From: Octopus sinensis
Lineage: Eukaryota
Length of the DNA: 64,000 nt
Assembly: GCF_006345805.1 (NCBI RefSeq)
Contig: NC_043000.1
Coordinates: forward strand, 74,028,001-74,092,000
Direction of reading: 5' to 3'
The notes below the pieces were generated by a model. The model had not been told where the DNA came from. It worked only from the letters and a program-made list of their open reading frames with translations, and ran no database searches. Of this stretch, positions 1-13,482 are shown piece after piece. The stretch's first letter is position 1. The number at the start of each line of letters is the position of its first letter. The position numbers were made by a program, and so were the translations under genes.

Positions 1-395
1 AGGATCAGAATGGAAATCGATCAATGGAAATTGCAGATGTGTTACCAGTGCCGGTGGCATGTAAGAGAACCTTCCGTTTCGCGACCGTTGCCAGCACCGC
101 CCCGTTTCGTGTCCGTTGCCAGCCTCGCCTGGCCTTGTGCCGGTGGCACATAAAAAGCACCATCCGTTCGTGGCCGTTTGCCAGCTCTGTCTGGCACCTG
201 TACGGGTGGCACGTAAAAAGCACCCACTACACTCACGGAGTGGTTGGCGTTAGGAAGGGCATCCAGCCGTAGAAACACTGCCAGATTTGACTGGGCCTGA
301 TGAAGCCTTCTGGCTTCACAGACCCCAGTAGAACCGTCCAACCCATGCTAGCATGGAAAACGGACGCTAAACGACGATGATGATGATGATGATGT
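1..395 (+). mobile_element. RTE-type LINE 3' end / RTE-derived SINE-like repeat with (GAT)n tail
   Basis: Internal repeats 'gtggcacgtaaaaagcacc', conserved 'ggttggcgttaggaagggcatccagc' block and (GAT)n tail. The same 3' end follows the RTE RT at 25020-25265. Confidence 0.8.
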
Positions 396-569
396 TGTGT
401 TTGGGAAGAGTAATTTTCTTTCCGTGCCTTATAATTCAACACACTCACCAGTAAAATTTCCACTTATTCCTTATTTTTATTTTCCTAAAATTTTCGTTGC
501 GTCTTGCGACCTTTTCAATAGTCTTGATTCTGTCCGTTATTTACACTACGTTCCTTTTTGTTTGTTTGT

Positions 570-1660
570 GCACATGTGAGAAATGGATGGATAAGGTTAT
601 AGAGGTAGTCAGGATATGCAATAGAGTGCTTAAGCTCAGGCTAGTCCTGTAGCGACAATTATCTATCCCTACGCCCCAGAAGCAGACCTACCAAGCAACC
701 AGACGGACCACTTTTATGATACCCTTCTACAAGCTACCTCAAAGACGAGTGGCAATGACCTCATCTTCATGGCTGAGGATTTTAATAGGCATGCCGGATA
801 GCAATCTGGTATCTTCCATGGTGTTCACGGGGGCCATGGAATTGATTCCCAAAGTGAAGAGGGATTTAGGCTACTGAGGTCCTGTGATGCATGAAACCTA
901 TTAATTTGCTCCACTAACTTCAAGAAGCCAGATAGCCACCTGATAACCTATCAATCGGGTGACTCTGCTAGGCAGATTGATTTCATCCTCACCAGACAGC
1001 AGGATACAAAGACCCTCCCTGGAGAAGAATGTACCCCCCTCCCATAGACTAGTTATTTGTGACTTTAGACTCGAGGCCAGAAGCATGGCAATCCAGAAAA
1101 GAAGGACTTGGAAGCTAAAGAACCCTTCATATGGTCAGAGAATTAGGGACATCCTCATTGAGAAATTTGATGAAAGGGAAGAGGAGCTACAGACTTCAGA
1201 CATAGAGAATAACTGGAAATTCCTATGTGACAGCTTACTGAGTGCCACAGACCAAATCTGTGGCTGGTGCAAAGTCCCTTCAAGACCTAGAGTAATGTGG
1301 TGTTGGAATAATACAGTAGACAAGGCCATTAGAGCAAAGAAACAGGTCTGGAAAGCCTGGAAGAATGGGGGTAGCAGGGAATTGTACCAGATAGCCAGAC
1401 GGGAAGCTGGGAGACAGTTATACTCAGCCAAGGGAGAAGCAGAAAAGAAGAAGTTTGCCAATGTTCAGCAATGCGAGGACCAAAGAACTGAATTATTTCG
1501 GATGGGAAGACAGTGTGTAAAAGAAAATTGTGATGTCACAGGAGAGAAATGTGTTTGCATGGATGATGGTGCACTTGCTTTTAATGATTCTGAAGAGAAA
1601 GAGGCTTGGAGAAGCCATTATGAAAGGCTGCTGAATGTGGAGAATTAATTGGAGGATGAT
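570..1660 (+). pseudogene. Degraded RTE-type LINE fragment (end of APE endonuclease and linker)
   Basis: ORF 959-1648 contains 'HRLVICDF' and 'MWCWNNTVDKAI..KK..WKAWK'. It is paralogous to 23020-23770. Confidence 0.85.
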
Positions 1661-4600
1661 GTTTGTGGGCACCACAAGGAAGAAATAGTAAGCTTACACA
1701 ATATCAACAAAAGGTTAAGAGAGCTTAATGTAGAATGGAAATTTATTTTGTAGCATGTCAGAAAAGCTATTTCAGTGGTCACATCATAGCACATCAGAGT
1801 CGGGCTCATATGAATATTAGAGGCAGTTTTTGCCCAAGAAGAAAAACAGGAGTTTTAATCAGCTAGTGGATAGACAACGAACCACCAACATCGCATCTCC
1901 ATCATGGAATGGCCTCACACCAGCTTCACGCCACTAGCAGTGAATTACACCTGCCCTCAAACTCGATCACATCATGAACAGTCTCTCATTTCCATCCACG
2001 AAATTCTGGATGACATCAGCCACATGCCTCATAATGAGCAGTATATTTTTGTTTAAGCTAGCTCCATTTTCTGATAGCATATAACGACTTCTAAATAAAT
2101 ATATGCTTTCCCTGACTCGTGCATATACACAGGCTATGTTCTTTTTACTAGTTAGCTTTCGTAATAATTCAATAAATTAGATTATTTGTTTAAAAACTGC
2201 CTTCTGATACTCCATTACACATGCTTCCCAAAAGCTCACTCACAGGACTTTACCATGAACACTTTCACACTATAAATGGACACACACTAAAATTTTTTAT
2301 CGTTTGCTTGTTTCTGTTATTGAACTGCAGCCATGCTGGGGCATCACCTTGAAGGGTTTTAGTCGAACAAATTAACACCAGTACTTGTTTGTTTATTTTT
2401 GAAGCCTGTCTCATTTTGCTGAACTGCTATGTTATGGGTATATTTTCATGTTTTACTTGGTCGATTTGATAATTTGTATTGTAGAAAATGTTTTCACCTA
2501 TTTTCTTGTTTTTTACAAAACATATTTAAAAGTTTGTATTTTAGAAAGTTTTCACTCTCATTTTCTTGGATGTTACATGCAAGAAGATAATGGCTTGTAA
2601 AGAGAAAATAGTTAAAATACATGTTTTTAGAATAGAAGTTATACTGTCAAGGGAGAAAATGAGAAAGAGAGAATACATCTTACTTATGGCTGCCAAGCAA
2701 AAATCTCAAGCATTGAGACAGAGCTCAGCTGCTCAACTGAAATAGCCAAGAAAAATATTCATTTTACATTCACCTTATATATTTTCAAAACAGCCGTTGG
2801 ATTACTAATACATGATTAGCTCAATAAACACACATGACAAAGTTGAAACATTAAAATATCACCTGAAAATGTGATCATTGTGTTAGCTTTACTCCACCTA
2901 GATTATTGGAGAAAAGGCAGTCAATCAAGATCAACATACAGTAAAGTAGCAAAAACCAAATGATGGTGTAAAGTTATTTGCAGGAGTGAGTGGTACAGAT
3001 GAAGAATCACCCAAAGAACATACAGAAATATTATGGACACATGAGCCGGGTACAAACGAGGTGGGGTGAGTGTGACTGTATATCTTTTATCGTTTATACT
3101 TGTTTCTGTCATGGATCTTTTCTGTTTGGCGGCACCTGTGAAAATTTCAAAGTTTATTGAAAAATTTAAAATTTGGTGTATTTATGTAATTTTCCAAGTT
3201 GAATCTCAGGAGATATTTCAGTTTTTCCAGGAAATTTTTTTTAATTTATAGAAGTTCAAAGTTTGATCATTTTTACCCAGTCAGAAAACAGGATTTGGAA
3301 TTTGTCCTTTTGTGCATAACAGCATTTGTTTTCAACTGTAAACAATAAAACATTGGCAGAATTATGCTTTATGCACACCATATAACCCCTCATAACTTTT
3401 TTATTTTGGGGAATTTTCAGAAAAATTTTCTGAGTTTGTATTCTACTCACAGGAATTCATACGATTATGCAAAAACCAAAACGAAAAATTGGGTGTGTGT
3501 GATTTAAGGTCTATTTTAGCTGCTATTTTTAGCACATCTTACCTCAATGAGTAGAATATATTTATCAACACATGCTTTGTCACAGACAAAAGAGTTCCCA
3601 TGCGTGTCTTGTCACTATGGAAACAGGCATGAATGTGTCTGTGGCTTATGTTTGGGTAAAATTACCCAAAATTTGCAAACTTTAAAAGCTATTAACTCTT
3701 GATATATTAATTTATGACAGAAATGAATTTCTTGGCATTGATTAAAATATAAAACAACATCATTATACTGAATCAATTGGAATAGAAATTGAAGAGACTG
3801 AAATTTAGAGACTGAAATTTAGCAGCCCAGTACTTATTGTGTCGGTCTATTTTGCCGAACTGCTACACACCGGTTGTCAAGCGGTGGTAGTGGTGAAACA
3901 TACACACACACATACATTATATATATATATTATATATTTATAAATTAGAGAAAAACCACTATTATGCAATTCAAACAATGATAGATATAAACCAAATCAT
4001 AAATAAAAAATAAAATATATTTTAAAACAAATAACTAGATCACAGAAAGTACAAAAATGAATAAACAATATATAATAAGGAATAAGACCACGTACGTTTC
4101 ATGGCTATAATTTAAATTCGAATTACAATTAAATTTAAATTTAATCAAAAATAGGGCATGCTAGAAATAGCAGCTAAATCTCTCCTTTTCTGAGGAAAGG
4201 AGTCATTTACATGTGATTATATTATGTATATATATAATCATCAGTGGATCATATATCTGACCGTTGGTCACTCTATGACCAGTCACATAACCAACCTCCT
4301 GTAAATATATATATATATATACTAGACTACTCATGACCTGTTGGGTCACTAATAGATCAAGGTACCCGAAAAAAAACACATGTCTCAGGAATCCGTGGTC
4401 CAATTTACATGAAAATTGTGTTATTCCTTTTGAATTCATATTTCAATAGCACTTTACTTTCAAAGCATTTTCCCATTATATGCCAGTTTGGCTATTTAAA
4501 AAGGTACCCCAAAAAACTCCGTACTTGGTAACACATGGTCTGATTTACACAAAACTTTATTATTCTGTTTGTATTCACATAAGCATCCGATTCATGATGT

Positions 4601-4701
4601 CTTCTGCTTTTGTCTCTTTCCCTCTGTTTCACCAGATGCTCAGCCCTTACTTTATCAGTCTCATCAATCCTTCTGTTTGCATGCCTGTTCTGATCTTGGG
4701 T

Positions 4702-5143
4702 AAAGGGTACGTTCATACATCAGTGTGAAATAATTTTTACCACAGGTTTTTTCAAGTGCATTCAACGTATCTTATCTCCAAACCTGCCACAAGCCACTTT
4801 CTTCCGGAAAAGAAATGGGGAGGGGTGGTGGGGACCTTGGAGTTTCCCAGGAAACTCCGAGTTTTTCACCAATAGAGTTTTGTGCCTTTTCCAGGTTATT
4901 TTGCATGCTTTCAATGAATGTGACATTGAAAGCATGCAAAATATCTGGAAAAGAAAAAAAACCGCAAAACAAAACTCCATTGGTGGAAAAATTGGAGTTT
5001 CCCAGGAAACTGTGAGGTCCCCTCTACCCTTTCTTTTCCAGAAAAAGGGGCTTGTGGCGGGTTTGGAGGTAAGATGTGTTGAATGCACTTGAAAAACATA
5101 CGGAAAAAAAATTATTTTACACTGAAGTATGAATGGGTCCTTT
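4702..5143. mobile_element. Fold-back MITE (whole element is an imperfect palindrome)
   Basis: 'aaagggtacgttcatacatcagtgtgaaataattttt' at the left mirrors 'aaaaattattttacactgaagtatgaatgggtccttt' at the right. Centre near 4920 (ttttgcatgctttcaatg...cattgaaagcatgcaaaa). Confidence 0.85.
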
Positions 5144-6052
5144 ACAAAATATTTACCTGCTTGAAACTAATTTTTAAAAAAATTAATATATTGTCTATTT
5201 AAAGAAAGCTAAATTATAAATACTTGCTGTACAAACAACTTGTGCTTTTTGAAATTACATTCACTTAAAAATATTTCTAAATGATTAAAATATCGTGTTT
5301 CACAAACGCAAAAATAGAAACATTTCCTGTAGAAACAACTCATATTTTTTCATTGGCAGGTTAAAGTTACTAAGATTTTTACCCAGGTCGTTAAGTTTGT
5401 CTTTAAAATACAGAAGTCATTGATCATAATGTCTCTAATCAAGAGGTTGGAGTTTCATCCCTTTCAAAGTTATGCTATTTTCAGAGTATGTACTGTTTTG
5501 GGTACTTATGAATACCCCAAACCTCCACCATATCTCAGGAATCTGTGGTCTGATTTACACAAAACTTGTTTTATTCCGTTTGTATTCACATTTCAGAGGT
5601 ACCTTAATTCATAGTATTTTCCCATTATGCGCCAGTTTGGCTGTATTGAATGACAGAGTTTTAGTAGTAGTAGTATATATATATATATATAGGTTATAAA
5701 ATGAGATAGGGGTTGAAAATTCAACCCACCATGGGATAACATATATCCAATATACTGCTAGATAGGTACCCAACAAGACTAATACATAGATATTAAAAAT
5801 TGCCAAACAATCAGTTCATCTATTGTATTATATGGGTAAAGGTAATAATATTACCGTAAATTAATACTACAAAATTAGAAAATGGAGAAACATACTTAAA
5901 TCAATAAAACATCAACTATCAGATGATACCCAATCAATACTTTATTACACCATTACATATCAGTAAAGGCATTATACAAAATATACAGTAAATGTAAATA
6001 GACAAAGAGATATAAGTATAAAATTTCAAATATAAAATGTAATTAAATCATA

Positions 6053-6162
6053 TCTAACAGCTGTTTCGGCAGCAAGGGCAGTCATACCTTATTTAACCTA
6101 TAAGCCATAAAGGCAGGTATAAATGAGGCATTAACAAGGATGCCCCACGGCCTCTTCAGAGA
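6053..6162 (-). ncRNA. Type I hammerhead ribozyme with long stem II, in the 3' region of the upstream PLE
   Basis: Minus strand reads UCU-CUGAAGA-GGC...(~80 nt)...GCC-GAAAC-AGCU-GUU-AGA. Confidence 0.8.
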
Positions 6163-6498
6163 ATTAAATTTGTTATAATTTTGAAAAAATTATTTTTCCA
6201 TATACATATAAATATAAAAATATAAAAATGTAAAATATAAAAACTTATGCATAAACTTCATAATGCTACACTTATATAATATAATACTCATTGGTACAAT
6301 AATGCAAGGTAAACAAAACAAAATAAAACAAAATATATATCAGTGTATATATTAATATTAATAAGCACAGTTATTATACATATTTGGCTAATAGTTTTAA
6401 AAAACCTAACACATAGGGAGATGAAAAATAATAATTAAAACCATGGTTCAGTTCATAAAATTATAAAGCTATAAAAGTCAATAAAAATTACTATTAAT

Positions 6499-6538
<40 letters not shown>

Positions 6539-8155
6539 GATACAGTTATGTTTGCACCAAGTCCATCCTTTCAAGATCGAAATAACTATGAGTTTAGAAA
6601 TTCTGACCACTAGGTAATGATTATTTAGATTAATTCGATTGGCTAGTAGTTTGAAATTTAAATCACAAAAGAAATTTTACGGTTAGTTAGTCAAGGAATG
6701 CCAATATTCACACGCGCATCCACAGATCAATCGCACATACATACATAATTATATGTATACACACACACATACACTTATACACATACATAACCACAAGCAA
6801 CAACTAGCACATAGATAAACAAATAGGGGAGCAAACTATGCTGCCATTTAGTCTTTCAAAATTAAAACTATGCCTCAAATAACAAAAAAGATCCACTCAT
6901 GCATTTCCATAAAATATTTATTTTAAAGATATATATATTTTTAAATATCAGTATGTTACGATGTCAGATACTATTTCACTGGGTAACTTAAATTTATAAC
7001 ACCGGTTTGTTGCATAGTAAACATACCGGTTATTAGATTTACCGTAAGTTTGTTATGATTCCAAGTACGCTAAGTTATAAAATATATATTAATTTATATA
7101 TTATAAATATATCTCTTTTTTACTTAATAAATTCAATGCCATAATATACCAGATTAGGCATTAAATAATATCATCATGGGGAAGTACTAATGCAATCGTA
7201 TATAAGAACATCACAGAAATTTTTAAAAATTAATATATTGTAAATACTTAAGTTAAAATGTGATAAAATAAATAAGAAGAAATAATTACGGTTACACACA
7301 TATTATAAGTACACACCAGTATATATGTATTCATATATTATTAAAATCAAAATAAATGATAGATATGTATGTATAAAACTACACTTGTATAAGTAAATAA
7401 GTAAAAAATAAATAGATAGCAAATTAGATGACTTGATATGTATGTATAAATCTATACTTAAATAAGCAAATAAATAAATAATTAGAAGACTAAATGCAAA
7501 GATAGATACCATTGCAATAAAAAAAAATAAAAAATAAAAAATAAAAATTAAAAAATAAAAAATAAAGTGAATATATATATTATATTGATGAAAGTAAACA
7601 TGTATGGAAGGATAATTTAAAGTACAGATCCAGAAGACTATAGATATAAACTAAATATATAAGGCTGGTAATATTTATAAAGCCAAATGTTTGTAAATGA
7701 AAAGGTTTATTAGTAAATAGCATTAGATACAAATTAAGGTGAGTACAAAGAAAGACCAAATATACAATATAAACCTGCCAAATAAACACATACAAAAAAC
7801 CTAGATTCTCAACCTAAACAAACCAAACTCACAAAAGGCTCTCATATATTACATATTACACAATAGCATTACATTATCTAGAGCTAGGTATCTAACCAAG
7901 ATATACATATACACTATGCAATATTAGAAAACTTCAAAAATCACATATTACAAGGCAAATACCAAAATGAATATGTTATTTCATGTCATATTGCATTTCC
8001 CTTAAAAACAAGACAAAAACCCACATATAAAAAACAAGAAACAATTAATACTAGACACATCTATTATTATTATACAAATGTAGCTATAAAATTATAAAAT
8101 TATAAATTTATAAGTTGCATACTTTAGAATTATAGAAGACCACTAGTATAGTTAG

Positions 8156-9588
8156 TTATAGAAGGGAGTTAAAAAAATTATTAATAGTAGAAGTGCTAAA
8201 GGTGAACGGTAGTCTATGAATGCAAAAAAAGTTTTTTTCATTTATGTTGTTAATAATTTGCCTACCCGCTTTAATAATGAAAAAAATTTCATTAATACAT
8301 AGAGAGCATTTTTTATTTTTTCCATTATACACAGGTGCTGAAGTTAGTATTTTCCAGTTTAATCTAAAATCTAAGTTCTTACTTTTAAGTTCCCAGATGT
8401 ATGCACTTAAACCTGTAGAGTATATTCTATTTTTATTTCTAAAAGTATATCTGTGATAATTCAATCTCTGTTTTATGCTATTCATAGTTGCCCCGATGTA
8501 CACCCTACTACTCAATTGTGTATCTACAGTGCATTGGTAAACTACCTCCTTCCTGAGGCATTGATTACCAAACACACATTTATTTCTGTTTCTGCAATTA
8601 CAAAGATTAACAGAATGAGGTAATCTAAGATTGGTCCCCACCCCTGTACCACCATTCACATTATAAGTGTTACAATTGTTATCATCATCCAAACCCAAAA
8701 TCAACGAATGAGTTAATTTCACATTATTGGCTATATTCCTATCACTAGTACTAGTATTGGTAGTAGTAGTATCATCTATTACATTTATATTATCCCTACC
8801 AGGTACGGTGCACTCATAATTAGTAAGGGGGTTGTTCACATTAGTTCCAAGAAAGTTTCTGTTCCTATTATTATTAAAGAGGGGCAAATTTCCATTGTTT
8901 GAATTCAATTTTCTATCCTTATAGAAGTAATCCAGTTTCCTGTTATTAAAAGAGGAGATAATGGTGGCTAGATTATGAGTAATGCTATATCCCACTCTAA
9001 CAGTACCGTTGTTAATTAAAGGACTAAATTTATTCTTATCCTTACCAAAATGCCTAAATATAACATTATGCAAAGCTCTCACTGTGTTTGTTTTAATCTG
9101 CATTGCATATGGGATAATCAGCCAGAGTGTATCCTTATCAGAATTAGGATTGCCTATCGAATTATTGTTATTTGTAAAAATCCTATTCCTAGACCAACCT
9201 ATAAGTTTACTATTCTTACCACTGTCATTGTTATATCTATCTATATCAATATTCCCATGATTATTACGCAAGTAAACTTTACCATTATCATGTCTACCAT
9301 AAGTTTTAATATGTATATTATTATTAATATTACTACTATTACCCGTTTGCTCAGATCTATTTAAGCTACCGTTCACCTTTCCGAGGTTAACATCACCTCT
9401 ACAATTATTATAGGTGTTATCATATATTCTATTTTTTTTCTATTCTTATATTTATTATTGTTTATCCTAAATCTATTGGTGTTGTTCCTAATAGTTCCAC
9501 CTCCATTAGGAGGGTTCCCCTTAGGTATAAACCATATCTTACTTTTGTATCCTGCCTTAAGCAATGCTGCATTGTATCTATCACAATG

Positions 9589-9590
<2 letters not shown>
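8156..9590 (-). mobile_element. 5'-truncated Penelope-like element: end of RT thumb, Asn-rich linker and GIY-YIG endonuclease
   Basis: ORF 8156-9376 has 'CNCRNRNKC..VVYQC..VYIGAT..KQRLNYH..WKIL..CSLCINE..CIH'. A frameshifted piece 'YNAALLKAGY' lies at 9530-9580. Confidence 0.9.
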
Positions 9591-9682
<92 letters not shown>

Positions 9683-9839
9683 TAGTAATGCAATACTAGA
9701 GTATTGCTTTCCAGTAAAGAATAGCCCATGAGGGAAAAATATATACATATATATATATACATATATATATATACATATATATACGTTTAAATATTTGTTG
9801 TGCAAGATTTTTTATGTGAAGTCGTGTGTTGAAACAGAT

Positions 9840-10200
9840 ATTGTTATATTTCGGAATGGTCATATTGCCAGTTTAGCCAATAAAAACACACGCACTATAT
9901 ATTTGGTGTTATTTCGCTTCAGTGATATTTATATTTTACATTAATCTTAATCTTATTTCAGCCAAAGTTCTTTCGTCACACTCCTGTGACCGCATCAGTG
10001 GTCCTTTGTTTTCTTCTCACTTATTTGTGTCTCTCCTTACTAACCGTCAGCCATTTTGTATTTCTATTGCATGTCTTCATTTGTGCATGCTTATATCTCT
10101 ATGTGCGTCTATGTTTATTTAGTGTGTGTGTGGGGGGGATGCCTGTAATATTTGTATCTTCTGTTTATATACATTCTTGTAATTTGTATTTTGTTTTTGT
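9840..10200 (-). repeat. Pseudo-LTR (3' copy) of the PLE at 10489-13115
   Basis: Near-identical inverted copy at 13117-13482. Contains an HHR-like motif. Confidence 0.85.
9962..10001 (-). ncRNA. Minimal hammerhead variant
   Basis: CCA-CUGAUGCG-GUCACA(GGAG)UGUGAC-GAAA-GAAC-UU-UGG. Confidence 0.6.
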
Positions 10201-10320
10201 TGTTGTTGCTTTTGTTCTAATTTTGTTCATGTGTTTACATCCACCCATTATTATCATTACATATGCTTGTATGTATGTATAACAACAATATTAGTAATAA
10301 TAATAATAAATCTAATCGAA

Positions 10321-10352
<32 letters not shown>

Positions 10353-10488
10353 CACACATATATACACATATACATATATATATATATATACACATATACA
10401 TACATAGATATATATACATATATATAGTTATTCATTTCTATCTGTTTATTTATCTGTGTATTTATTATGTTTTCAGGATCCTCTATCG

Positions 10489-12891
10489 TCATATGTTGTG
10501 GTGTGTGCTATTGCTCCATTCTAGTTTTCTATTCAGGCTAGGTTTATTTTCTATTATATGTGTAGCTTCTGTAATTTGTCTAATTGTTGCATCTGTTCTA
10601 TGTGTGGACAATATCTTAATCTCTATGTTATTGATTGATCCCCCGTGTTCCTGTTCGGCGTGTTGGTACAGAATCGATGAGCTTTTACCTTCCTTGAGTT
10701 GTCTCCAATGTTCATTCACCCGCTCTCCAATGCTTCTTGCTGTTTCCCCTACGTATGTTACTGTCTCGTTACTGCATCGTCCCTCTATACATCTTATACT
10801 ATAGACTACATTTCTGGCTTTACAGTTTGTTTGTGGGCTAAATCTACATACAGTGCAATAGTTATCCGTACAGAGGGTTCTACTAAAAGGATAGGTTTTA
10901 CCAATTATAGATCTGATAGGGTTGCCTGGCTTTTCAACAACCTTAATTCTTAGTTTAAGTTTATCTAGGGTCCTTCTAAAGCGGTACGCCAGTTCACCTC
11001 CAGGAGTGGTGTCAACGAACATGACACTCTGGTATTTATGGCTATCATACCAAGAGTTGGCCTTCCCTATTTTCTTTTTTGTCCTTTCTATTGTGTTCCA
11101 TGACTTGTTCCTATAGATTGGGCAAATCCCATTCCTATCATTACATAATATATTATCAAATTTCTTCATGGCTCCTTTGTATACTCTGATCCTTTCTTTA
11201 TGGCTGTAACCTGAGAACTGCATGCGGTGAATGAAATACTGTATGTGTCTCTTTAATTCTGTAGGCTCGCACATGCGTGACACATTTCTCATTATTCTGA
11301 CGAGGTCTGCCATCAAAATATTGAATTTGGCATTGTCCGCAATGGCTGAGTTCCGGTGGATCAAGTATTTTGAGGCCATAGGTTTTGCATAGTATGAATG
11401 AAGGATTTGGGTTTTATTTTTCACAATTTCTAGCCAGAGTTCAGTGTCTAGTACTGGTAGTCTATGGCTGGGGTGTTTAGTGGGGTAGTCTATTGTGACC
11501 TTAATACTCTGGTGGATGGAGTTAGCTATTTGCTGGATGCTCTCCATAGTATTAGTTTCTATTACTATATCAACATTACTCTCTTGTGGGGGTGCCTTTA
11601 CTACTATGTTGATATCATCAACATAGCGAGAGTACATGTTTACGAGTATGGATTTCTGCAGTAGGCATTCTTTAAGCCTTCTGTCCCACCATACCATGAA
11701 GAGGTTGGCCACATCACCAGCGATACTAACACCGATGGCTGCCCCCTCGTCCTGGGCATATATTTTATTATTAAATTTAAATGTGTGGCCTTTTAGGGTA
11801 ACTCTTATACTAGCTCCTAGTGCATGTGCGATCATTTTCTTTACCTGATGGCCATTTGCGGGGCTCCGTATGGCTCTGGTCCATCCGCGCCATCTTTCTA
11901 TATGTGTCTTCCTAGCCATAGAAGTAATTGTAGGCAGTCTACCTCTTAAACATCTACTGGGGCAGAAACTACTAAGATTATGTTTATCTAAGTATTCATT
12001 ATTATATGGCAGTCTAAGTAGGAGGCCCAGTTCTTCTATGTTGACATTACAGAACTCCACCCGGCTCTCGTTGATCATCTCCACGCACTTCTCCACTGCA
12101 AAATCTACGTCAATCGATGGGTATAGGGATACCACATCCATGCTACCTACTATACATCCTGTCAAGTCACAAGTTTTGTTACAGTCACTGATCCTGCTTA
12201 GGAGATCTTCTGTGCTGTCACACACATCAGGTGACATCCTGATTATAGAGCGTATGATCATTGAGAGGAAGTAGGATATTCTGTAATTGCTAGCGATATT
12301 CGCTCCACAGACTGGTCTTGTTGGTGGTCCTGCTATAGGGTCAGTAAAAACTTTATGGTCCTTGCGAAGTCCATACAGTGCCGGGATATCATTGTTCCAG
12401 GCTTGGAAATTCTTTGCAGTACGTTTCTGGGGTCCCAGAACAATTGTCCACATCATCATGTGGGCATTGAGGACCTTTTCTCTCTCCTCATGCGCCTGTA
12501 CAGTTGTTACTTTTGTATTGGCGATATGAGGTTGCATTGCCTGGATGTAGTTCAGTAAGCTGTCTATTGACATCCTGCCGGACTTATCTGTGGGAAGGCA
12601 TATCACCTCTCCATTCCTCATGCGCTGAATGAGCTTCTGTAGGCCACATGCAGGTTTAATCCCGAGTTGTTGGGCATCTGTCTTATTCTGTCTCTGTCTC
12701 TTAATGTATAATCCTAAAATCTGTCTAAGTTTGGTCCTAGCTATAGTGAACTGTGCTTCCATGTGGTCATTAGTACGTCTTGGGATGTATACTCTTTTGT
12801 TGAAGGGTAATGTTGTTGGATAAATTCGGTTCATGCAGTAAGTTTTGTCGCATACGTTGAAGAATTGAGTGTCAAAGGGATGGGTATACAT
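10489..12891 (-). CDS. Penelope-like retroelement polyprotein (RT plus GIY-YIG endonuclease), uninterrupted but 5'-truncated
   Basis: Motifs 'PTDKSG', 'RPV', 'SMDVVSLYPSI', 'QDEGAAIG', 'RYVDD', 'VVYSIRC..YVGETAR..ERVNEH'. The frame stays open upstream through an N/S/G/D-rich tract to about 13115. Confidence 0.95.
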   Translation of the reverse strand: MYTHPFDTQFFNVCDKTYCMNRIYPTTLPFNKRVYIPRRTNDHMEAQFTIARTKLRQILGLYIKRQRQNKTDAQQLGIKPACGLQKLIQRMRNGEVICLPTDKSGRMSIDSLLNYIQAMQPHIANTKVTTVQAHEEREKVLNAHMMMWTIVLGPQKRTAKNFQAWNNDIPALYGLRKDHKVFTDPIAGPPTRPVCGANIASNYRISYFLSMIIRSIIRMSPDVCDSTEDLLSRISDCNKTCDLTGCIVGSMDVVSLYPSIDVDFAVEKCVEMINESRVEFCNVNIEELGLLLRLPYNNEYLDKHNLSSFCPSRCLRGRLPTITSMARKTHIERWRGWTRAIRSPANGHQVKKMIAHALGASIRVTLKGHTFKFNNKIYAQDEGAAIGVSIAGDVANLFMVWWDRRLKECLLQKSILVNMYSRYVDDINIVVKAPPQESNVDIVIETNTMESIQQIANSIHQSIKVTIDYPTKHPSHRLPVLDTELWLEIVKNKTQILHSYYAKPMASKYLIHRNSAIADNAKFNILMADLVRIMRNVSRMCEPTELKRHIQYFIHRMQFSGYSHKERIRVYKGAMKKFDNILCNDRNGICPIYRNKSWNTIERTKKKIGKANSWYDSHKYQSVMFVDTTPGGELAYRFRRTLDKLKLRIKVVEKPGNPIRSIIGKTYPFSRTLCTDNYCTVCRFSPQTNCKARNVVYSIRCIEGRCSNETVTYVGETARSIGERVNEHWRQLKEGKSSSILYQHAEQEHGGSINNIEIKILSTHRTDATIRQITEATHIIENKPSLNRKLEWSNSTHHNI

Positions 12892-13116
12892 GTCAATGGT
12901 CTCTCTAGGGTTATCTTCATTATCGTTACTGTTTCCAACATCAGCCTTCCTATTATTATTATCACCATTACCATTACTACTATTATTCCTATTACCACCA
13001 CAACTATCACTACTATCCTCATTACTACTTCTACTGTTACCATCACCACTACTACTACCACTATTATTGTTATTACCTTTATTCCTACCATTGCCATTAT
13101 TACTATCATCGCTAGT

Positions 13117-13482
13117 AAAACAAAAACAAAATACAAATTACAAGAATGTATATAAACAGAAGATACAAATATTACAGGCATCCCCCCCCACACACACACT
13201 AAATAAACATAGACGCACATAGAGATATAGGCATGCGCAAATGAAGACATGCAATAGAAATACAAAATGGCTGACGGTTAGTAAGGAGAGACACAAATAA
13301 GTAAGAAGAAAACAAAGGACCACTGATGCGGTCACAGGAGTGTGACGAAAGAACTTTGGCTGAAATAAGATTAAGATTAATGTAAAAAATAATTATCACT
13401 GAAGCGAAATAACACCAAATATATAGTGCGTGTGTTTTTATTGGCTAAACTGGCAATATGACCATTCCGAAATATAACAATA
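13117..13482 (+). repeat. Inverted pseudo-LTR at the 5' truncation point of the PLE, with an HHR variant at 13320-13359
   Basis: Reverse complement of 9840-10200. Confidence 0.85.

Noticed and set aside
296-325. CUGAUGA followed by a hairpin inside the SINE
   Set aside because: No GAAA follows, and other SINE copies read ctggtgca, so it is a chance match. The same applies to CUGANGA matches near 4190, 22108 and 58563.
4085-4170. Minus-strand GAAAC-GUAC-GU half motif related to the 48960 HHR
   Set aside because: The CUGANGA half is missing; this is a truncated copy.
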